DNA of 64,000 nt from the NCBI GenBank assembly GCA_030693705.1, contig JAUYAB010000004.1:12010-76009 (forward strand), given 5' to 3'. Below the pieces are notes generated by a model. The model ran no database searches. It was not told where the DNA came from and worked only from the letters and a program-made list of their open reading frames with translations. This DNA is from Ignavibacteria bacterium (GTDB lineage Bacteria > Bacteroidota > Ignavibacteria > Ignavibacteriales > Ignavibacteriaceae). Positions 56,962 to 64,000 of this stretch are shown in pieces. Every line of letters starts with the position of its first letter. Within the stretch, counting starts at the first letter, position 1. Both the position numbers and the translations under genes were made by a program.

Positions 56962-57966
56962 TTACTCGAAATATATTTCTTTTTTAATTTGCGCCGATTG
57001 ATACATTGAATCAATAATTTTCATCCTGGGAACTGATTCTTCTGCCGGAGAAAACAATGGATTTACTCCCTGAACTGCGCCGAGAAAATGTTTTAATTCA
57101 TTTAAATATGATTTCTTGAAAAGCGAAAGATAGTTATCGCTCCCCGACGGGGTCATATCAATCTGCTGGTCATTTATTTTTTTGAACACTCTAAGTGGAT
57201 TAAGCGAAGCGTTCCCTTTGTTTCCATAGATATCTAAATAGAAAGTATCCTTTTCCGAATTTAACGACCAGCTTGTTTCCATATTGATTAAAGCGTTCGG
57301 TTTACATCGAATCATGCTTAACGAACAATCTTCAACACTGGTGGTATTGATAAAAAAGTTTTGTGTTGAAACAGACATGATATCGGGAAAATTTAATAAC
57401 CAAAGCGAGAGATCAAGCAATACAATACCAAGGTCTAAAATAACTCCACCGCCTGAGGATTCTTTTTTCGTAAACCATTGTCCATCCGAACTTTGTTTTC
57501 TTAACCAGCCGCACTTAACGTAAAATATTTCTCCAAGGTCGCCCGAATTGATGATACTTTTAAGCAGCATTACATCAGGGCGGTAACGGAAATTCATGCC
57601 GACCATTATTTTTACATCATGTTTTTTTGCGGCATCAACAATGATTTGTGTTTCTTGAAGTGAACGCGAAATTGGTTTTTCAACAAGTATATGCTTCTTT
57701 CTTCCGATAGCAGCAAGCGCTATCGGCATGTGCGTGTCGGTCGGCGTAGCTATTATCACCGCATCAAGGTCTTCATGGTCGAGCATCTCTTCATAATTAG
57801 CGTACTGATTTTTTATTCCGAATTTTTCTCCAACGCTTAACAACCGACTTTTGTTAACTTCACTTACTGCTGTAATGTTTGCGTTGTTCAATTTTTTCAA
57901 CATCGGAAGGTGTACTAACTGAGCAATACTTCCCAGCCCGATAATACCAATTTTTACTTGATTCAT
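56962..57966 (-). CDS. Gfo/Idh/MocA-family NAD(P)-dependent oxidoreductase
   Basis: N-terminal Rossmann motif (KIGIIGLGSIAQ) and the conserved EKP motif (ILVEKPISR). Confidence 0.85.
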   Translation of the reverse strand: MNQVKIGIIGLGSIAQLVHLPMLKKLNNANITAVSEVNKSRLLSVGEKFGIKNQYANYEEMLDHEDLDAVIIATPTDTHMPIALAAIGRKKHILVEKPISRSLQETQIIVDAAKKHDVKIMVGMNFRYRPDVMLLKSIINSGDLGEIFYVKCGWLRKQSSDGQWFTKKESSGGGVILDLGIVLLDLSLWLLNFPDIMSVSTQNFFINTTSVEDCSLSMIRCKPNALINMETSWSLNSEKDTFYLDIYGNKGNASLNPLRVFKKINDQQIDMTPSGSDNYLSLFKKSYLNELKHFLGAVQGVNPLFSPAEESVPRMKIIDSMYQSAQIKKEIYFE

Positions 57967-59870
57967 GTTGTTCCCCTAAGTTTATTGTTCAAGAAAAGTT
58001 TTGTTTTTTTTACAATACCGTCGGCATCAATTTCCAACATTTTATAAAGTTCCGCTTGCGTTCCATGTTCAACGAATGCATCCGGAAGACCAATGACCAA
58101 AATATCGTTCTTATAATTTTTTTGTGCAAAATATTCCGTTACCCCGCTTCCGAAACCACCAACAATTGTATTTTCCTCCAACGTGATAATTTTTTTATGA
58201 TGAGCTGCTATTTCATCTAACATTTTTTCATCTAAAGGTTTTACAAATCGCATATTGATGACCTCAGCGCTGATTCCATCTTGTGATAATTTTTCTGAAG
58301 CATTAATAGCGAATTGAACCATTGAACCAACTGCCAGCAATGCAACATCATCTCCGGGAGTAATTCGTTCGCTTGTTCCAATTGGAATTTTTTCAAAAGA
58401 TTCTTTTAGTTCAACGCCAATCGCCGAACCGCGCGGATATCGAACTGCAACCGGACCCGCATTATATTCTACCGCAGTATAAAGCATGTTCCTTAATTCC
58501 GCTTCATCTTTCGGCGCCATAATCACCATCTGCGGAATCAAACGGAGATAGGTTAAATCAAAAGTCCCGTGATGTGTTGGTCCATCTGCGCCAACCAGAC
58601 CGGCTCGATCAAGTACAAAAACAATATGAAGATGCTGCAACGCCACATCGTGGATGATTTGGTCAAATCCTCTTTGAAGAAAAGTAGAATAGATTGCCAC
58701 AACCGGAATAATTCCTTGTGTAGCCAATCCCGCCGAAAAAGTTACGGCATGTTCTTCAGCAATTCCAACGTCATAATAATTTTGAGGAACTTTTTCTCTT
58801 AAAATATCAAGACCGGTTCCATCCGGCATTGCCGCAGTGATCCCAACAATTTTAGGATTTTGTTGAACCAATTGTACTAACGCTTCACCAAATATTTTTG
58901 TGTATGAAGGAATAGATGAAGCACCTTTTAAAGCCATACCGGTTATTTTGTTAAAAGGTGTTGCAGCGTGCAATCTCTGTACGTCTTTTTCAGCCGGTTT
59001 ATAACCCTTTCCCTTTTCAGTAATAGCGTGGATAAGGATTGGACCTTTGTAAGTTTTAACCTGCTCAAACAATTTTACTAATTGGTTTACGTTGTGTCCA
59101 TTCACCGGACCAAAATAACGGAATCCTAAAGCTTCAAATAACATTCCCGGCGTTATTACTGCTTTAATTCCATTTTCCAATCGAACGGCAATTTTTCTTA
59201 ACCGGTCACCAAAATGATCGAGCTTGCCGGTCAAGTCCCATACTTGTCCTTTAAACCGGTTGTATTCCGGATGAGAAATAATTTCTGTAAAATAATTAGA
59301 AATCTGCCAGACGTTTGGTGCGATTGACATATTGTTATCATTAAGAACGACAATCAAATCAGCTTTCAACACACCGGAATTATTCATCGCTTCGTACGCC
59401 ATTCCGCCCGTCATTGCACCATCCCCAATAACAGCGATGACCTTTTTATTTTTCGAATCATATTTTTGAGCAATCGCCATTCCAAGCGCTGCTGAAATTG
59501 AAGTTGATGCATGCCCGGCGCCGAACGTATCATATTTACTTTCGGTTCGTTTTAAGAATCCAGAGATTCCACCAAACTGTCGAATTTTTTTTAATTCTTC
59601 TTTTCGCCCTGTAACAATTTTATGTGGATACGCTTGATGCCCGGTGTCCCAAACGATAAGATCATCCGGAGTATTAAATACGCGGTGAAGCGCAACAGTT
59701 AGTTCTACCGTTCCGAGTCCGCCGCCAAAATGGCCGCCAATTTCGGAAATCACATCGACCATATATTTGCGAATATCAGAACAAAGTTCTTTCAGCTCGG
59801 TAATTTCCAAATTACGGATGTCTGCGGGGGAATTTATTTTATCTAATATTTTATAATTTGATTCGGACAT
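57963..59870 (-). CDS. dxs: 1-deoxy-D-xylulose-5-phosphate synthase
   Basis: TPP-binding motif (GDGAMTGGMAYEAMNN) and the transketolase-like domains. 635 aa. Confidence 0.95.
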   Translation of the reverse strand: MSESNYKILDKINSPADIRNLEITELKELCSDIRKYMVDVISEIGGHFGGGLGTVELTVALHRVFNTPDDLIVWDTGHQAYPHKIVTGRKEELKKIRQFGGISGFLKRTESKYDTFGAGHASTSISAALGMAIAQKYDSKNKKVIAVIGDGAMTGGMAYEAMNNSGVLKADLIVVLNDNNMSIAPNVWQISNYFTEIISHPEYNRFKGQVWDLTGKLDHFGDRLRKIAVRLENGIKAVITPGMLFEALGFRYFGPVNGHNVNQLVKLFEQVKTYKGPILIHAITEKGKGYKPAEKDVQRLHAATPFNKITGMALKGASSIPSYTKIFGEALVQLVQQNPKIVGITAAMPDGTGLDILREKVPQNYYDVGIAEEHAVTFSAGLATQGIIPVVAIYSTFLQRGFDQIIHDVALQHLHIVFVLDRAGLVGADGPTHHGTFDLTYLRLIPQMVIMAPKDEAELRNMLYTAVEYNAGPVAVRYPRGSAIGVELKESFEKIPIGTSERITPGDDVALLAVGSMVQFAINASEKLSQDGISAEVINMRFVKPLDEKMLDEIAAHHKKIITLEENTIVGGFGSGVTEYFAQKNYKNDILVIGLPDAFVEHGTQAELYKMLEIDADGIVKKTKLFLNNKLRGTT

Positions 59871-59899
59871 TCAGAAAAGCTCCAGGTTCTCTATTAATT

Positions 59900-60124
59900 T
59901 TAAAAGTTATCATCAGTAGTTAAATCAATTTTTGATTTCAGTTCATTCACTTTAAGTTCAGCTTCAGTTAGAGTTTTCAAACATTTTTGAGAAAGTTGAA
60001 TCCCTTCTTCATACAGTGAAATTGCTTCTTCCAGATCAAGCTCGCTGCTGTCTAACAAGGAGGATATTTCTTCTAATCTTTGTAAATCTGTTTTAAAAAG
60101 TGATTGGTTAATTTTTTTCTTCAT
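59900..60124 (-). CDS. xseB: Exodeoxyribonuclease VII small subunit
   Basis: A 74-aa helical protein with the XseB pattern (LEEAISLYEEGIQLSQKC). It overlaps xseA by 17 nt. Confidence 0.85.
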   Translation of the reverse strand: MKKKINQSLFKTDLQRLEEISSLLDSSELDLEEAISLYEEGIQLSQKCLKTLTEAELKVNELKSKIDLTTDDNF

Positions 60125-61304
60125 AATTTTTATTTAAGGTAATCTGGTTGTCATAAAAAATCAGAGTATGCGAACGAGCAGTCTGAAATTTTTTAGCTCT
60201 TGTTACAAATTTATCTTCTTGTTTAACTAAAACAAAACCTTTGGCAAGAGTTTTTTGAATATCATAAGCAGAAAGTTTTGAGGTAAGCAGTTCTGTTTTG
60301 TTTTTCCGTTCGCTTAAATACTTTTCGATGTTCCTGTTCAGTTTATAAACTGCAGTATCAACTTTCTGGTTATATATTTTTAAAAGATCGACGGGTATGC
60401 GAAAACCGTATGAATTAACGATCGAAGAAACTTGTTCTTTCAACTCCTCAATTTTCGAAAATATTTTTTCAGTTATTGCATCATCATAGTCACGGATCAG
60501 ATTTTCGATCTCTTCCTTTTCCGGAGTTAAAATTTCCATCGCTGCCGTTGGGGTTGCGGCACGGAAATCCGAAACAAAATCGGCAATGGTAAAATCAATC
60601 TCGTGTCCGATTCCCGTTACAATCGGAATTATGGAATTATAAATCGCGTACGCAACTTCCTCTTCATTAAAAGCCCATAAATCCTCAAGAGAACCACCTC
60701 CGCGAGCAACAATAATAACCTCAACCTCATTCTGTATATTTAAAAGATGAATCGCTGAAGCTATTGATTTAGCTGCATCAACACCTTGAACTGCGCATGA
60801 TGCGATACTAATTTCAACCAACGGAAATCTTCTTTTAGCAACACTTATCATATCCTTTAAAGCAGCGCCGCCGATTGAAGTAACGATGCCGATCTTCATC
60901 GGAAGTTCCGGAATTTCTTTTTTGTTTTCGGGAGCGAATAATCCTTCCTTCTGAAGCTTGATTTTTAATTTTTCAAAAGCAAGTTGAAGTTCACCAACTC
61001 CGGCAGGCTGCATCGCCCGAACTTCAATCTGATAATTCCCTCGAGGAGGGTAAACGGTAATTCTTCCAATAATTATTACTTTCATTCCATCCTGGGGCGA
61101 AAAGAAAACATAATTATTAACTCCTCGCCACATAGTGCACGAAATTTGTGCATCGGAATCTTTTAAAGTAAAATACCAATGACCGGAAGAGTGAGCTTTG
61201 AAATTTGAAATTTCGCCTACAATACTCAATGAGGAAAAATTTTCTTCCAAATCTTTTTTTATCAGTCTGGTAATTTCAGAAACCGTTAACGTTGTCTCAG
61301 TCAT
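60108..61304 (-). CDS. xseA: Exodeoxyribonuclease VII large subunit
   Basis: N-terminal OB fold (VGEISNFKAHSSGHWYFTLKD) and the catalytic core (RGGGSLEDLWAFN). Confidence 0.9.
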   Translation of the reverse strand: MTETTLTVSEITRLIKKDLEENFSSLSIVGEISNFKAHSSGHWYFTLKDSDAQISCTMWRGVNNYVFFSPQDGMKVIIIGRITVYPPRGNYQIEVRAMQPAGVGELQLAFEKLKIKLQKEGLFAPENKKEIPELPMKIGIVTSIGGAALKDMISVAKRRFPLVEISIASCAVQGVDAAKSIASAIHLLNIQNEVEVIIVARGGGSLEDLWAFNEEEVAYAIYNSIIPIVTGIGHEIDFTIADFVSDFRAATPTAAMEILTPEKEEIENLIRDYDDAITEKIFSKIEELKEQVSSIVNSYGFRIPVDLLKIYNQKVDTAVYKLNRNIEKYLSERKNKTELLTSKLSAYDIQKTLAKGFVLVKQEDKFVTRAKKFQTARSHTLIFYDNQITLNKNYEEKN

Positions 61305-62172
61305 TATTCTTTTCTTTTCTAAAAATCAAACAATATTGATGATGCCGGTTAGAAACCCATGCGCTGTTAATTCCAAGTGCAATGAGCGGTTTATCATCTT
61401 GAAGCCAGACTTTTTCATCTTTTAAAATCCAACTCTTCTTCCCTCTTTTAGTTAATGAAATAGCGGTATCAAACGCAAGCGGAAAAAGTTTTCCGTTGTA
61501 ATAAACATTGTTGGTTATTACGGTCAGATAACCATTTTCTTTTGTGATTGCATAAACTTCATCGAAGATTTTTGCCTGCATCTCAAGAAAATCATCGTAG
61601 CCGGAGATATTTCCTATATCTTCTTTATGTTCCGAATATTTTGTATCAAGTCCGCCTTCTTTTCTCTTTTTTTGACGCATTGAATTTCTCTCAAGCTGAT
61701 TCCAATATGGCGGCGAAGTGATAACAAAATCAAACTGTTTACGAATTGACGGAATAGTTTTTAAGAGTGATTGAAGATTTAACGATGAACCGCAAAGAGG
61801 AAGAATAGTATTCGAAAATTTTTCTTTTTCAATTCTCTCCTTTGCAATTTTAAAATAATAATCACTTAACTCAATACCGATAGCGTTTCTGCCTAAAGCG
61901 CCGCTTGCCATGAGCGTACTTCCAGTTCCGAGGAAAGGATCAAACACCCAATCATTTTCTTTTGTAAAAAAAGCGATGAATTCTTTTACGAGTGATTCCG
62001 GGAACTTTGCCGGGTGTAATACTTCATTCTTTTTGCGTTGCGGAGGTTTATGGATGAACCACGATTTGGAAAATTTAATCCATTCTTTCCCGGTGAGTGA
62101 ATTTAGTTTGTTAGCCGAATTGTATTTTCCGCGCTCACCCAAATCGATTATGTCACTCTTCCTTTTTGCCAT
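61297..62172 (-). CDS. Site-specific DNA methyltransferase (N4-C/N6-A amino-MTase family), no partner nuclease in view
   Basis: AdoMet motif region HPAKFPESL...DPFLGTGST...GRNAIGIE precedes the catalytic SPPY (FVITSPPYW). It overlaps xseA by 8 nt. Confidence 0.85.
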   Translation of the reverse strand: MAKRKSDIIDLGERGKYNSANKLNSLTGKEWIKFSKSWFIHKPPQRKKNEVLHPAKFPESLVKEFIAFFTKENDWVFDPFLGTGSTLMASGALGRNAIGIELSDYYFKIAKERIEKEKFSNTILPLCGSSLNLQSLLKTIPSIRKQFDFVITSPPYWNQLERNSMRQKKRKEGGLDTKYSEHKEDIGNISGYDDFLEMQAKIFDEVYAITKENGYLTVITNNVYYNGKLFPLAFDTAISLTKRGKKSWILKDEKVWLQDDKPLIALGINSAWVSNRHHQYCLIFRKEKNND

Positions 62173-62178
62173 TTGCTA

Positions 62179-64000
62179 TCAAAACTTAATTGAAAATCCT
62201 AAAGTCGGTATGATTGGAAACATTGCGTTTGCTTCCCGCCCCAAAGTAAGATCTTCGTTAACGTAATAGTTAAAATTGTTTATATTTTTCCGATTGTAGA
62301 TATTAATAACATCAAGATAGAAATTCCAATCGAAAGTCCAAAGAGTAACAGCCGCAGTTATTCGCAAATCGAGTCTATGATAAACCGGTTTACGGGCATT
62401 AAAACGAGCTTTATTTCCATAGTCGATATCGAATATTACTTGTTCATTCGTAGGATCGGAAGCACTTTTTCTCGTTGCAATTGTTGGTGTCTCGGGAACC
62501 AAGTCACCATTTAAATCTGCAAGTATTATTCTGGGCTTACTTCCAACCGGTTCTGTATAAGGAAATCCCGATCCGAATTGCCAACGCAGTCCCAAATTCC
62601 AAGTGTCATCAATTTTATAATTTAACACCACATTTAAAGTGTGGCGTTGGTCAAAAGCAAAAGGAATTATATCATTTTTTTCATGTCGATTTGCAAACGC
62701 AAAAGCATATGAAATCCATCCGGTAAGTCTGGAATCATTCTCAATATTTTTTTTTGCTAAAAGGATTTCAATTCCATAAGCTGTACCGTAAGAATTGTTG
62801 ATAGGAATTTGTGTGAGTGAATCGACAGACTTAAGGGTTGGCTGCGACCAGCTCGAAACAAGGTGCGGATCCGCACCCGGATTCAATGTAGTTGCGTAAG
62901 CACTGCCGGGTTCCAATTTTTGCACAATGAGATTTAAGAATTTTTTTTGATAAGCTTCTATCGTAAATTCCCACTCACTCGAAATCCAATGATCCAAACC
63001 AAGAATATAATGATAGGCTCTTTCAGCTTGTAAATTACTCGTATAAGTTTCACTCAAATCGAAAAGAATATTTTGATCTCGTATTTTTTCGTAACCCGGT
63101 GACTGATAATATACTCCAAACACAGCTCTTAAGGTTGTAAGATTATTAAAGGCATAAGAAGCAGAAATTCGTGGAGATAAATAATACTTTCCGAGAATTT
63201 CATAATAATCATAGCGAAGCCCCGGATGAACAACGAGAGTACTGGATAGAGAAATATTATCTTCTATGTAGGATCTGATCCTCTTATACCGCTTAATTTC
63301 TTTTACATCGTTAAAGACAGCTCTAAAACCGGGATTCGATGAAAAAAAAGATCTTAATTGAGGATCAACCTTAAAATAAAAATTTATGACCGTTTCTAAC
63401 AGATCAATTCCGGCGCCGGCTTCAATGGTATGAGATTGAATTTGGTAAGTTATTTTATCATCGAAGGAGGTTTTCTTAAAGGTAAAATCATTATCAAATT
63501 TGAAACCTAAAAGATATGGAGACAATGTATCGGACACAACATTCTCAAAATCTTTGCGATTTAAGGATGGATCAAGAACTTCAGAATTAAAATTTGTTGC
63601 GCCGCTATTCTGATAATATGAAATAGTTAATTTGTTAAAAAATCTCCGTTTCGCCGAATAGTGCCATCCAAATCCAAGAACGTTATTTTTTGTTAAGTTA
63701 TTTATTGAAATACTGTCAGCCGTTTTTCTCTGTTTTCCGCTAACAACATCAACACCATCTTGAGAGTAAATTGCATTTAAAATGAATTTGTGACCTTCAA
63801 AGGGACCAAAAACAAATTTACTTTGAACATCATAAAAATTCGGCAATGAAACATTTTCATCGACAAGACCCGCTTTTTTAATAAACGGTTCAATGATTAA
63901 ATCATAATAAGTTCTTCTCGAATTAATGGTCCAACTTCCTTTCAGATCAAAAGGATTTTTCCCTTCAAGAATTAAATTTGCGCTAATGATCGAGGCATTC
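62179..64000 (-). CDS. TonB-dependent-receptor-like outer-membrane beta-barrel protein, C-terminal part (5' end outside the window)
   Basis: The frame stays open upstream of the track's TTG start, all the way to the window edge. It has a long beta-barrel pattern ending in ...TLGFSIKF. Confidence 0.7.
   Translation of the reverse strand, partial: NASIISANLILEGKNPFDLKGSWTINSRRTYYDLIIEPFIKKAGLVDENVSLPNFYDVQSKFVFGPFEGHKFILNAIYSQDGVDVVSGKQRKTADSISINNLTKNNVLGFGWHYSAKRRFFNKLTISYYQNSGATNFNSEVLDPSLNRKDFENVVSDTLSPYLLGFKFDNDFTFKKTSFDDKITYQIQSHTIEAGAGIDLLETVINFYFKVDPQLRSFFSSNPGFRAVFNDVKEIKRYKRIRSYIEDNISLSSTLVVHPGLRYDYYEILGKYYLSPRISASYAFNNLTTLRAVFGVYYQSPGYEKIRDQNILFDLSETYTSNLQAERAYHYILGLDHWISSEWEFTIEAYQKKFLNLIVQKLEPGSAYATTLNPGADPHLVSSWSQPTLKSVDSLTQIPINNSYGTAYGIEILLAKKNIENDSRLTGWISYAFAFANRHEKNDIIPFAFDQRHTLNVVLNYKIDDTWNLGLRWQFGSGFPYTEPVGSKPRIILADLNGDLVPETPTIATRKSASDPTNEQVIFDIDYGNKARFNARKPVYHRLDLRITAAVTLWTFDWNFYLDVINIYNRKNINNFNYYVNEDLTLGREANAMFPIIPTLGFSIKF

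Overview
A 64-kb chromosomal window from a low-GC bacterium. It looks like the FCB group (Ignavibacteria/Bacteroidota-like), judging from a T9SS C-terminal sorting domain, TonB-dependent receptors, TAnnTTTG-type promoter motifs and few Shine-Dalgarno sites. It holds about 50 genes. Nearly all lie on the minus strand in tightly packed, often overlapping housekeeping operons. These are: the polA 3' end; hpnC-hpnD-hpnE squalene genes next to tRNA-Leu(CAG); PBP1A-lpxH-M1 peptidase; a large T9SS-secreted protein; fni-polyprenyl synthase-ptsH-ptsI-PGI/PMI-pyrE-mscS-M64 peptidase; a pabB/pabC fusion; a TPP-riboswitch-controlled TonB receptor-thiamine pyrophosphokinase-SSS transporter operon; a LysM-rich MltD; an acyl-CoA carboxyltransferase; aroC; htrA; recO; mtnA plus a PfkB kinase; a giant outer-membrane protein; a PhoR/PhoB-like two-component pair; dxs; and xseAB with an orphan DNA methyltransferase. 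The only strand-switched, ORF-poor, repeat-dense stretch is about 26.3-34.5 kb. It contains an MFS transporter, a 950-bp ORF-free hairpin cluster, ppk2, two promoter-duplicated cassettes of small membrane and Cys-motif proteins with no recognisable domains, and a helically phased 41-bp tandem array. It also contains two diverged copies of a four-hairpin module that bracket about 5.6 kb. Other oddities are a single in-frame TAA in an otherwise intact hpnC, a GC-rich twin-hairpin segment translated in frame inside hpnE, and an (AATTAGG)x4 repeat directly upstream of aroC. I see no recognisable defence system, CRISPR array, transposase, integrase or prophage. The novel-system candidates are hypotheses drawn from sequence architecture only.
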